Source: Acaryochloris marina S15
GTDB lineage: Bacteria; Cyanobacteriota; Cyanobacteriia; Thermosynechococcales; Thermosynechococcaceae
Direction of reading: 5' to 3'
DNA length: 32,000 bases
NCBI RefSeq assembly: GCF_018336915.1
Contig: NZ_CP064923.1
Coordinates: forward strand, 5,730,001-5,762,000
How positions within the stretch are numbered: position 1 is the stretch's first letter; each line of letters starts with the position of its first letter. This document shows positions 8,232 to 17,790 of the stretch, piece by piece. A model generated the notes under the pieces. The model did no database searches and was not told the origin of the DNA. It worked only from the letters and a program-made list of their open reading frames with translations. A program made the translations under genes and the position numbers.

Positions 8232-9635
8232 TCAATTACGAGGTTCGGTAATAAGTTCAACAGCGAGAGACTCAGATAAAAGAGGCTCGACGGATGGAGT
8301 GATATCTAAAGCTAGGTCTTGATGCAGGACATCGGTACCTTGGGCAGGGAGCCAGTTGAGAAGTGGTAGGGGTAAGAGGGTACTGAGATTGGCGATTGTG
8401 ACCAGCAGCCACAATTGCTGGAAATTCGTTTCAGTAATGCCCAGCCAATGCATGATTAGCGCCCCCGATTCGTGGGAGAGCAGGCCCGCTAGGTTACTTA
8501 CAGACATCAATAAGGCAAACATGGTGGCCTCGATGCCAGGAGGACAGAGGCGAGCGGCCAATACCAATACGGGCATATAGGCAATTTGTCCCATCACCGT
8601 CAGAATCAGGCTGTCGCCCAAGCTAAACCATTGGTCATTGATGCCTAAGGCTCGATTGGCATGGGTCACCAATAGTAAGGTGGTCATGCCGAGGGCTGCA
8701 GCAATTAAAGTGCTCCATAAAAAGATGCGGCGTACAGGAACGGCTTTGAGATAACGCTGAAATACCCAAATGCCTAGCAATGCGGCCAGACTGGTGACCA
8801 GGCGTACTCGACCTAAAAATTCTGGGTCAAAGCCTAAATCATTGGTGGTAAAGAAGAAAAAGGCGGCTTCAGAACTGGGAGTGGCCTGCCAGAGAAAGAC
8901 GAAGATAACGGGCAGCAAAATCTGCTTTTGGGTGATGGCTTGCCAGAGTTGCCTCACCTGATGCTTGGTTGAATCTAAGTTGATTTGGGTCTTAACTTTA
9001 GGGTCGGCAATCAATCCGGCAACGGCAGAAACGAGCAACGGGAAGGTGGCCGTAATCAGGAAAACCCTTTGGGTGCTCATGTGGGACAACAGCCAGCCGC
9101 TAAAGTAGGCGGTCATTATCCCGCCCAGGGCAGTGGCAGACCAGCAGAGAGATTGGAGGGAACCCGCATCACTTTGAGATTCTTGCCGGACGCGCTCAAC
9201 CACGAGGGAGTCAACAATGACATCGCTGATGGCCACGGACAGGGAACTGAGGACAATCGCAATGGTGGCGGCTAGGGACGTGCGAACGATGCTAGCCATT
9301 CCCACCCAGGCTAGACATCCTAGTATCCCTGACAAGACGAGATAAGACCGGCGACGATAGCCAAAGATGGGCACGCTATCAGAAATAAATCCAAAGACTG
9401 GCTTAATTACCCACGGAAGAGCAGCAATTCCCATCATGGCGGCTACTTGAGCTGGGGTTAAACCAAGGTCATCCTTCAGGAAAAAACTGACGGCTAACCG
9501 AGCTAATCCCAATATTCCCTGAACAAAATAGACCATCAATATGGCCAGAAGCTCAGGTGTGGGATCTTGACCGTAAAAGACGTTTTCTTTTAGGAAATCG
9601 CGCACTGAGTCGAGTCTCGACTGAGATACAAACAT
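8232..9635 (-). CDS. Folate/biopterin transporter family (BT1) MFS permease
   Basis: The 467-aa protein has about 12 transmembrane segments. The N-terminal stretch LLAILMVYFVQGILGLARLAVSFFLKDDLGLTPAQVAAM is characteristic of BT1. Its stop lies only 6 nt from the start of the oxygenase gene. Confidence 0.8.
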   Translation of the reverse strand: MFVSQSRLDSVRDFLKENVFYGQDPTPELLAILMVYFVQGILGLARLAVSFFLKDDLGLTPAQVAAMMGIAALPWVIKPVFGFISDSVPIFGYRRRSYLVLSGILGCLAWVGMASIVRTSLAATIAIVLSSLSVAISDVIVDSLVVERVRQESQSDAGSLQSLCWSATALGGIMTAYFSGWLLSHMSTQRVFLITATFPLLVSAVAGLIADPKVKTQINLDSTKHQVRQLWQAITQKQILLPVIFVFLWQATPSSEAAFFFFTTNDLGFDPEFLGRVRLVTSLAALLGIWVFQRYLKAVPVRRIFLWSTLIAAALGMTTLLLVTHANRALGINDQWFSLGDSLILTVMGQIAYMPVLVLAARLCPPGIEATMFALLMSVSNLAGLLSHESGALIMHWLGITETNFQQLWLLVTIANLSTLLPLPLLNWLPAQGTDVLHQDLALDITPSVEPLLSESLAVELITEPRN

Positions 9636-9668
9636 TGATAATAATTTACAAATATCAATGTTTGTATC
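9625..9668 (-). promoter_or_regulatory. Perfect 16-bp inverted repeat (12-nt spacer) covering the BT1 start codon
   Basis: GATACAAACATTGATA (9625-9640) is the exact reverse complement of TATCAATGTTTGTATC (9653-9668). On the minus-strand mRNA the AUG at 9635-9633 lies inside the 3' arm. Confidence 0.6.
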
Positions 9669-9719
9669 ATACCCTGATTTCCTATAAGAGGAGACCTGTG
9701 AGTCTTCCGGGTCAGAGGG

Positions 9720-10202
9720 TCAGGAACCAGTGCCTGAAAAGTAAATCAGCTTGTTCTCGCGATCAATGAGTAAATAATGAGTGCCAAAGCCAGTCCATGA
9801 ATTGCTGACTGAGTTTGTGGTCCAGCACTCGTTTGTAGAACTTGCTGGAGGTTGCCAGGGTGGATCGAAGCGGTTGTAGCTTGGATCAGGAAGACGAAAG
9901 TCGGATGAGATCGCATCGCAATCTACCGATTCATATCCTGACTGCAGAAGAGTCTCGATATCAGCCTCCGCAGCCTGAAACCGCAAAAATAACCGATAGC
10001 CTTGCCAGGTATCTCCCACGCCTTGTAGCTGGGTGATGCTTTCTGGAATGGGCTTTTGGAGAACTGCAGCAAACATTTCTTCTGGGGTATTTGCAGATGT
10101 CAGACTAGTGTCGCAGCCAGATATCAATAGCGCGATTAGCAAGACGCTCCACTTTGTATAGGTATAAAAAGGGAATTTATAGGTGTGAAATAGATCAAAC
10201 AT
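9720..10202 (-). CDS. Hypothetical lipoprotein
   Basis: A signal peptide with the lipobox LLISGC follows Met at 10202. That start overlaps the SDR stop by 8 nt (ATGTTTGA). I recognise no domain. Confidence 0.6.
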   Translation of the reverse strand: MFDLFHTYKFPFYTYTKWSVLLIALLISGCDTSLTSANTPEEMFAAVLQKPIPESITQLQGVGDTWQGYRLFLRFQAAEADIETLLQSGYESVDCDAISSDFRLPDPSYNRFDPPWQPPASSTNECWTTNSVSNSWTGFGTHYLLIDRENKLIYFSGTGS

Positions 10203-10890
10203 TGCCATAAACAGGAATCGCAGCGCCTCGAACATCCTGGGCTGCATCAGAGGCTAGAAAGCAGATGACGTCTGCTAACGATTCGGGTTTTACCCATTGG
10301 TCGGCGTTAGCTTCACCCATGGCTTCTCGATTTGTGGGGGTGTCAATAATACTAGGCAATACGGTATTGGCGGTGATGTTGGTGCCTTTGGTTTCATCTG
10401 CGATCGCTTTCGTCAATGCCAACACCCCAGCCTTAGCAGTACAGTAGGCTGCCAATTGCCCCCCTGGCTCAACAGCCCCTCTAGATCCTACGGTAACGAT
10501 CCGGCCATAGTTATTCTGCAACATCCGTTTGAGGCTATGTTTGCAAACTAAAAATGTGGTGTTCAGGTTCAGATTCAAATCTTGCTGCCAGTCCTCAAAG
10601 GCATATTCATGGGTTTTGCCCATGGAAAACCCACCAACTAAGTGAATTAAGGCATCTACCCGATCCATACCTTTCACTAATTCTGCGACTGAGGCTTCTT
10701 TCCCAAGATCGGTGGGGACAAAATGAGTTCTCACTAATTCTGCAGGGGAGAGGATATGTTTTAGTCGCTCTACTTCCGATTCTGCAATATAAGGTAGCGT
10801 CACTTCTGCCCCTGTGGCTAGGACTTTGGGCGTCACGCCCAGTCCCAATCCGCCTGTACCACCCGTGATCAATACTTGCCTATTTTGCAT
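10195..10890 (-). CDS. Short-chain dehydrogenase/reductase (SDR) family oxidoreductase
   Basis: The Rossmann motif is ITGGTGGLGLG, the catalytic motif is YCTAKAG (YxxxK), and GRIVTVGS lies upstream of it. The length is 231 aa. Confidence 0.85.
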   Translation of the reverse strand: MQNRQVLITGGTGGLGLGVTPKVLATGAEVTLPYIAESEVERLKHILSPAELVRTHFVPTDLGKEASVAELVKGMDRVDALIHLVGGFSMGKTHEYAFEDWQQDLNLNLNTTFLVCKHSLKRMLQNNYGRIVTVGSRGAVEPGGQLAAYCTAKAGVLALTKAIADETKGTNITANTVLPSIIDTPTNREAMGEANADQWVKPESLADVICFLASDAAQDVRGAAIPVYGNV

Positions 10891-10927
10891 GTCGTCGCAG
10901 CCTACATCTGATTACACTTAAAAAGTT

Positions 10928-11278
10928 TTGATGGATGACAGGATTATGTCTCAAGTTATAGCTCAAGGGAAAATGTTTTCTTGCCCAGTTGGTGCGAATT
11001 TGCGCCAGGTTCTACTGGAGAACGGCGTGGATCTCTACAATGGTCAAGCTCGGTTGATCAACTGTCATGGCATTGGTACCTGCGGAACTTGTGCCGTGGC
11101 GATTTCTGGAGAAGTGTCAGAAGTGAACCGACGCGATCTCATCCGTCGATCATTACCCCCTCATGTTCCCCAGCGTGATCTGCGACTGGCTTGTCAAACC
11201 AAAGTTTTAGGCGATATAACCGTCACCAAATTTGATGGATTTTGGGGCCAAGGCACAGCACCTGCATGGACGATTTAA
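10928..11278 (+). CDS. 2Fe-2S ferredoxin-like iron-sulfur protein
   Basis: The cysteine cluster is CHGIGTCGTCAV with a distal LACQT. The ORF track starts at TTG 10928. ATG codons at 10931 or 10946 are more likely starts. Confidence 0.7.
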   Translation: MMDDRIMSQVIAQGKMFSCPVGANLRQVLLENGVDLYNGQARLINCHGIGTCGTCAVAISGEVSEVNRRDLIRRSLPPHVPQRDLRLACQTKVLGDITVTKFDGFWGQGTAPAWTI

Positions 11279-11336
11279 CTGAAAAACCTCAATAAAGAGT
11301 AATAAAACTGATTATCCTGAAGATGGACGCCCTTCA

Positions 11337-12740
11337 TTGGAGACCCAATCCATGACTGCTCAACTCACCACCTCTCCCATCCAGAAACTGGTTGCAGCTC
11401 AAAGAGTCTATTTTGAGAGTGGGCAGACTCAATCCTATGAATTTCGGTTAGCCCAACTCCAAAAGCTGAGGCAGGTAATCATTGAGCGTCAAGATGACAT
11501 TGTTGCTGCTGCGAAAGCTGATTTGGGACGACCAGCTTTTGAGGCTTACTTTGAAATTGCGGCCTTAGGAGAAATCAAGATCGCCATCAAAAAGCTGAAA
11601 ACCTGGATGAAGCCGCAGCGCGTTGCGACAGGGATGGATGTCTTTCCTGGGGCAGCTTGGATTCAGCCTGACCCTCTAGGTGTGGTGCTGGTGATTGCGC
11701 CGTGGAACTATCCCTTTTCTCTGCTGATTAATCCGTTAGTGGGTGCGATCGCAGCCGGGAACTGCTCTATTCTCAAACCCTCAGAACATGCTCCTCATAC
11801 CGCTCAGGTCGTGTCTAACTTAATTGGCGACACCTTTCCTGAGAACTATATCGCGGTTGTAGAAGGGGAAGCAGAAACCAGCAAACAGTTATTAGCCGAG
11901 AAGTTTGACCATATTTTCTTCACCGGAGGCACCGCCATTGGTCGAGAAGTCATGAAAGCAGCGGCGGAAAACCTCACCCCAGTTACCTTAGAACTAGGGG
12001 GTAAAAGCCCTTGTATTGTCGACTCAGAGATTCACTTTGAGCATGCCGCGAAGCGGATCATCTGGGGCAAGTTTATTAACGCAGGCCAAACCTGTGTAGC
12101 ACCCGATTATTTGCTGATTGACCGCACCATCAAAGATGAGTTTGTCACCTATCTCAAGCAAGTGGTGCACCATTTCTATGGTGAAAATCCCGCCAAGAGT
12201 CCTGACTTTGGTCGATTAATCAACCAGCATCATTTCAATCGACTCACCCAGTTTTTAGATAACGGTGAAGTGATTGTTGGCGGTCAAACCGACCCTGAAA
12301 CCCGCTATATTGCGCCTACGCTGATCGATCAGGTCACTTGGGAAGATCTGATTATGCAAGAAGAGATTTTCGGCCCCATTTTGCCGATTTTGGCCTACAA
12401 CAACTTAGATGAAGCGATTGCTCAAGTGAATGCCCGCCCTAAACCCTTGGCTCTCTATTTCTTCTCAAAAAATGAGGAAAAACAGCAGAAAGTGCTGACC
12501 TCAACTTCATCAGGAGGGGTTTGTATCAATGAAACGGTTTTGCATGTCGGGGTAGGCACCTTACCGTTTGGAGGAGTAGGTCCAAGTGGTATGGGTAGCT
12601 ATCATGGCAAAGCCAGCTTCGACACGTTTTCCCACCAGAAAAGCGTTTTAAAACGGGCCTTCTGGTTAGATCTAGGTTGGCGTTATGCGCCCTATACGAT
12701 CAAAGGCTTAAATCAAATTAAGCGGATTGTGACGGGTTAG
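11337..12740 (+). CDS. Aldehyde dehydrogenase, ALDH3-like class
   Basis: Motifs seen are PWNYPF, FTGGTAIG, ELGGKSP, the catalytic Cys context GQTCVAPDY, and EEIFGP. The probable start is ATG at 11352, since the track begins at TTG 11337. The gene lies 58 nt downstream of the ferredoxin-like gene. Confidence 0.85.
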   Translation: METQSMTAQLTTSPIQKLVAAQRVYFESGQTQSYEFRLAQLQKLRQVIIERQDDIVAAAKADLGRPAFEAYFEIAALGEIKIAIKKLKTWMKPQRVATGMDVFPGAAWIQPDPLGVVLVIAPWNYPFSLLINPLVGAIAAGNCSILKPSEHAPHTAQVVSNLIGDTFPENYIAVVEGEAETSKQLLAEKFDHIFFTGGTAIGREVMKAAAENLTPVTLELGGKSPCIVDSEIHFEHAAKRIIWGKFINAGQTCVAPDYLLIDRTIKDEFVTYLKQVVHHFYGENPAKSPDFGRLINQHHFNRLTQFLDNGEVIVGGQTDPETRYIAPTLIDQVTWEDLIMQEEIFGPILPILAYNNLDEAIAQVNARPKPLALYFFSKNEEKQQKVLTSTSSGGVCINETVLHVGVGTLPFGGVGPSGMGSYHGKASFDTFSHQKSVLKRAFWLDLGWRYAPYTIKGLNQIKRIVTG

Positions 12741-12753
12741 GCCATTAGTTAAT

Positions 12754-13370
12754 CTAATCTCCCCCAGCCCCAATCGCGTTTTGGCGAGTAATGGCATAGG
12801 GCCAGCTAATCAAGTCTGGAGGATGCCAGAAATTTTTATAGGCAAGAGCCATTTGTTTGGCAGCCCGTTCACAAGGCACTTGCCCCGTTGCAGTTCCTAA
12901 GTCTGGACAGGCAACACTGCGAATAGGTTGAAGGTGTGATTGATTGTGATGCCAGATTGCTAACAGCATTGCCCACATGGCTTGGTACACGTTATCCGTG
13001 GTGGCAATCGACATGGGTACACGCATCGTCGGTGTATGGGCCAGAAACGGATGCTGGGATGAGTCTCGATAATAACCGAAGTACCGACGGGCTGCTCACC
13101 CCGAAACCTCTGAAGGATATGGGTTTGTACCCGGTCCATTAGATCCAACCCAAAGTAACGAGTAATCGCTCCATCGACACCACCATCCATCAGGCCAAAT
13201 GAGTTGCCAGCGCTGACCATGCAATCATAATTTGGTAAATCCTCAAACTGACCATTGACGATTTCAATATTGGATTGCCCTTCAAATTTGAGCTGCCATT
13301 GCTCACATAGGTCAGGAATGGGATCGACAAGAATGAGTTGCAAGTCTGTAGACTGCAATGATTTTTTCAT
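12754..13370 (-). pseudogene. Macro-domain (ADP-ribose-binding/hydrolase) gene split by a frameshift
   Basis: ORF 12960-13370 carries the motif SAGNSFGLMDGGVDGAI. ORF 12754-13026 continues in another frame. Reading both frames near 13040-13055 gives ...VIIETHPSI then PFLAHTPTMRVPMSIATTDN..., one contiguous macro-domain-like sequence of about 205 aa if one base is restored. Confidence 0.65.
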
Positions 13371-13380
13371 TGAGAGCTAG

Positions 13381-15999
13381 CTACTCTAACTCAGTTTCAG
13401 CTTCATCATCATCAGAAAGATCCTCTGGCGGCACTAAAGCTACTGCAGCGATATAGTCATCTTCATCCAATCTTTGGACTCTGACTCCTGTTGCTGCCCG
13501 TGATTGGGATGAAATATCTGTCACTGATTGTCGGATAACAATGCCTCGGCTAGTCACCAACATCAACTCATCTTCGACATTGACGATTCGCAGTGCGGCT
13601 AACTGATCGGGAGTCTTGAGCTTTTTGAACTTAGTTGCGGTTACCCCTTTACCTGCTCGATTTTGGAGTCTAAATTGGGCTACAGGAACTCGCTTACCAT
13701 ACCCATAGGTCGTGATCACTAAGACCCAAGGACCTGGCTGTTCAATGGTTTCGGACTCTTCTTCGTTACCATCATCTTCAACTAAAATATCTGGATCATC
13801 CGTTTCATCTTCTTCCATGTCCGTTGCATTCCCTAAGGTTTCAACAACGCTGCTGGGTAAGATATCCATACCGATAAATTCATCCCCTTCTCGTAAGCGC
13901 ATAGCCCGCACACCCCGTGTGGCTCGACCCAAAGGACGCAGCTGTTTATGATTGGCCCGAAAATGAATGGACATGCCGCGGCGAGATCCAATCACAATAC
14001 TGTCTTCGGCCCGAGTCAATCTCACCCACCGCAGCAGATCGCCTTCTTCTAGAGAGATGGCAATTAAGCCATTAGCACGGATACTGCTGAAAGCAGCTAA
14101 GGCCGTTTTTTTGATGAATCCACCCACGGTCATCATCACCAGGTATTCGTCTTCGCTAAACTCGCTGACGGGAATGACAGAAGTGATTTTTTCTTCTCGG
14201 GGAATTGGTAAGAGCTGGACTAAAGGCACGCCCCGAGCTGTGCGGGAACTGACGGGGATTTGATAGGCACGCAGGCAGTATACGACGCCGCGATCGCTAA
14301 AAAATAACACGCTGTCATGGTCACAGCAGCCAAAGAAATGCTCAACTGCATCATTTTCTTTTATTTTTGCTCCTGCTCTGCCCCGGGTGGCTCGGCTTTG
14401 GGCGTTGAAAGTATCAACAGGCATTCGCTTCACGTAGCCCTGCTCTGTCACCAAAATCACGGCTTGATCATTGGCAATCAGATCAATATCGTCTAGATCT
14501 GCGAGATTAGCTTCAATCAAGGTCCGGCGAGGACTAGCAAATTTGGCTTTAAGTTCAGCCACTTCCGTTTCGATAATTTCTAGCACCCGTTCACGACGGG
14601 CCAGAATATCCTCTAGATCTGCAATTCGCTCTTGTAAATCCTGGTGCTCTCGCTCAATCTTTTCAGCTTCTAAAGCGGTGAGTCGGCGCAGCTGCATCTG
14701 TAGAATGGCATCGGCTTGGGTGTCAGATAATCCATAGCCATCCATTAACTCTTGGCGAGCAATAGCAGCATCCGCAGCTTGGCGAATCAGCTGAATCACC
14801 GCGTCCAGATTTTCTAAAGCAATCAGTAATCCCTGCAAGAGATGATCACGCTCTTGGGCTTTTCGGAGCTGGAAGCGGGTGCGACGCAAGATCGCGTCTT
14901 CCCGGAATTCCAAAAAGACGCTCAGGAACTGTCTCAGGGTGAGAAGTTGAGGATCGCCTCCCACTAACGCCAACATATTGGCCCCAAAATTGGTTTGGAT
15001 GGGGGTTTGTTTGTAGAGATTGTTGAGAACGACCTGAGGATAGGCATCCCGCTTGAGTTCGATTACAATCCGCATCCCGTCGCGATCACTCTCATCGCGA
15101 ATATCAGAAATACCTTCTAGGCGCTTGTCATTGACGTTTTCAGCAATGCGCTCAATCAGGGCAGCTTTATTGGTTTGGAACGGCAACTCTGTGATGATAA
15201 TGGCTTCACGATCAGGACGCCCTGATTGTTCTAGGGTTTCGATCTCGGCAACCCCGCGCATAGTAATAGAGCCACGGCCCGTTGTAAAAGCTTCACGAAT
15301 GCCAGCCGTTCCCAAAATCCGTCCCCCTGTGGGAAAATCGGGACCTGGAATTAACTTCATCAACTCCAGATCGGTAATCTCAGGATTATGAATAAGGGCA
15401 ACTAGACCATCAATCACTTCCCCCAGATTATGGGGAGGAATATTGGTCGCCATCCCCACTGCAATCCCTGAGGAGCCATTGATCAATAGCTGGGGAACGC
15501 GAGCAGGCAGAACGAGGGGTTCTTGCTGTGACCCATCAAAGTTATCGCCAAAATCAACGGTTTCTTGCTCAATATCGGGTAGAAGCGAATCCGTACTGAG
15601 TGCTTGTAAGCGACATTCTGTATATCGCATCGCAGCAGGTGGATCGTTATCAATCGACCCAAAGTTGCCATGGCCGTTGATGAGAGGCATGCGCATGGAG
15701 AAGTCCTGCGCCATCCGCACTAAGGCGTCATATACCGCTGTATCACCGTGGGGATGATATTTACCTAATACTTCCCCAACCACACGAGCACATTTTCGAA
15801 AGGGGCGATCGGGGGTTAAACCCAACTCATACATGGCGTATAAGATGCGTCGATGCACGGGTTTGAGGCCATCTCTAGCATCTGGCAAGGCCCGACCAAC
15901 AATGACGCTCATGGCGTATTCCAGGTAGGAGCGCGACATCTCATCCCGTAGATCTGTGAGAATAATGCGTTCCTGTGCTGGATCAGAGGAGAAGGTCAT
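13381..15999 (-). CDS. gyrA: DNA gyrase subunit A
   Basis: The N-terminus reads [46 protein letters not shown] and the active-site context AMRYTE are present. The C-terminal beta-pinwheel region has an acidic insertion and an acidic tail. AGGAG lies about 14 nt upstream of the ATG. Confidence 0.97.
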   Translation of the reverse strand: MTFSSDPAQERIILTDLRDEMSRSYLEYAMSVIVGRALPDARDGLKPVHRRILYAMYELGLTPDRPFRKCARVVGEVLGKYHPHGDTAVYDALVRMAQDFSMRMPLINGHGNFGSIDNDPPAAMRYTECRLQALSTDSLLPDIEQETVDFGDNFDGSQQEPLVLPARVPQLLINGSSGIAVGMATNIPPHNLGEVIDGLVALIHNPEITDLELMKLIPGPDFPTGGRILGTAGIREAFTTGRGSITMRGVAEIETLEQSGRPDREAIIITELPFQTNKAALIERIAENVNDKRLEGISDIRDESDRDGMRIVIELKRDAYPQVVLNNLYKQTPIQTNFGANMLALVGGDPQLLTLRQFLSVFLEFREDAILRRTRFQLRKAQERDHLLQGLLIALENLDAVIQLIRQAADAAIARQELMDGYGLSDTQADAILQMQLRRLTALEAEKIEREHQDLQERIADLEDILARRERVLEIIETEVAELKAKFASPRRTLIEANLADLDDIDLIANDQAVILVTEQGYVKRMPVDTFNAQSRATRGRAGAKIKENDAVEHFFGCCDHDSVLFFSDRGVVYCLRAYQIPVSSRTARGVPLVQLLPIPREEKITSVIPVSEFSEDEYLVMMTVGGFIKKTALAAFSSIRANGLIAISLEEGDLLRWVRLTRAEDSIVIGSRRGMSIHFRANHKQLRPLGRATRGVRAMRLREGDEFIGMDILPSSVVETLGNATDMEEDETDDPDILVEDDGNEEESETIEQPGPWVLVITTYGYGKRVPVAQFRLQNRAGKGVTATKFKKLKTPDQLAALRIVNVEDELMLVTSRGIVIRQSVTDISSQSRAATGVRVQRLDEDDYIAAVALVPPEDLSDDDEAETELE

Positions 16000-16966
16000 A
16001 TGGTTTGAAAAACTCCTAAAAAGATGCTTAGTTGAGAAATAGCTTGATCAATAACGACTTACAATTAATATCATTAAAAAATTAAGCTATTTACCCCCGA
16101 TTACAGCAGTTATTCTATCATGTTTTGATGCTTGACGGCTGTATTTGCAGCGTTGGCGATAGTTCATAAAGTTTGCTCCTAGTCACGCTTTCAAAGATCG
16201 CTGCCATAATCAATTCTGACAAATAAAGTAATTTACTAGAAATCTGTAAATACTGAATGGTCTTGTCTGTAGATTTTGCTAACTACAACTATTTTTTGAG
16301 GCTAGGTAGAGTAATGACATCGTTATAGAAAAATAATCTTTTTTCAGATTTTGCGGTGAATTATGACCAGTATTGAGTGACGGACCCTGTTCTCACCATC
16401 GATCAGCGATTGCCTGGTTTGCCCCCATATCCATATGGAGATATTGGGGTTGATAAAGAATGTGATGTGAGACAGCTCATCAGCCGAGAGTTTAAGGTGT
16501 CTTCGATGTCTGTCTTGGAGAGTTTGGTCCAGAGTATGCTGGCGGAGCATTTCATGCGCGATTTCATTTTCAGCAATTAGGAAAGCTCTACATTACTTGC
16601 AAGCAGCAGTCTAAGTTTGCAGACTTTCCGCTCCGGTTGGTAGCTGATGAGGCCACAATCTACCTGCAAACTGAACCAGTGCTGTTAGATAACCTCAAAG
16701 CACATATGGGGAATTGTGCTGAAGCCTATCTGGAAGCCATACTTTGAGGGCTTATCTGTGTGGTCTAACGAATGTATCCCTTTAATCTGATCGATCTCTG
16801 AAGGCTGTATTATCTGACTCTGAATTACTAGATTTGGGCATGCAATACTGTCATGCACAGACTTCTGCTGCAAGGGTTACATCCTTTTTAGGAATGCTGC
16901 TGGCTTTCTGAAAGACTATCTTCCGTTTTGTCAGAGTAATTTTGATAGTCCTGAAGATATGAACTT

Positions 16967-17617
16967 CTAAACGGCTGCAGGTTGTAACAGCTTGACATTG
17001 GAGAACTGGATATCTGTGAGGGATGTTTCGCCTTGTTCATGGGTACGGACGATTTGTCGTGTCATTACGTAGTAGCTACCCACAGGCTCATAGGTATCCA
17101 CGAATTCCATTTGCCGAATGATCTCGTTGGTTTTGGGATTACGGAAAACGGCTGAATAGTCAGAAGAGATATAACCTGCTCCAGTCTCAAGGCTTTGTTT
17201 ATGATGAATGATAAAAGCCATGCGCCCCATCACCCGGCTAACCAAAGCGATCTGCTGGTTGCGAACGCTGTAGTTAGACCCCATCGCATCCCCTTCAACA
17301 ATGATTTCTTGGGAGCCAGATGGATCGAGTTTCCCGAGGGTAAAGGTGCTAGAACCGTGGGCTTTGTCAAAAGGAGTGTGTTTGCGATGGGTAATCACAT
17401 CTCGCATTTGTGTATATAGAGATTCCTGGATCGTTTCGTCTGCAATATCCATAATCTCGACTTTCAGGTCGGAAGCGACTCGGATTTTACCGGTGTGAAC
17501 TTCATCCCCTTGCCTCAGTTCAACGTCAGCGACATAGCCGGGGAAATCACTATCCCAGGTATAGCGATTCTCATAAGCTGCACGAAATAAATCACGAGCT
17601 TGGGTCTGAGCGGCCAT
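16967..17617 (-). CDS. DUF3386-family protein (conserved in cyanobacteria and plastid lineages)
   Basis: The N-terminal ARDLFRAAYENRYTWDSDFPGY matches my memory of DUF3386. GGAG lies about 11 nt upstream of the ATG. The length is 216 aa. Confidence 0.65.
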   Translation of the reverse strand: MAAQTQARDLFRAAYENRYTWDSDFPGYVADVELRQGDEVHTGKIRVASDLKVEIMDIADETIQESLYTQMRDVITHRKHTPFDKAHGSSTFTLGKLDPSGSQEIIVEGDAMGSNYSVRNQQIALVSRVMGRMAFIIHHKQSLETGAGYISSDYSAVFRNPKTNEIIRQMEFVDTYEPVGSYYVMTRQIVRTHEQGETSLTDIQFSNVKLLQPAAV

Positions 17618-17790
17618 ACATGAAGTCTCCTTAACTTGTTTCGCGCGTTAGACTTTTTTCAGTCTAGACTAATCTTTTGCTCAACCATTATCATCATTAT
17701 GGCATTTGGGGTGGTTATCTCTCTAGGGTTGGAGGGCTCTTTACCTAAATGCATTGATGAAGAACGTATTGAAATCTAGAATTCCTGAAA

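Noticed and set aside
13712-15757. A series of plus-strand ORFs (79-112 aa, Ser/Arg-rich) opposite gyrA
   Set aside because: They are antisense shadows of a highly conserved gene, have low-complexity composition, and lack start context.
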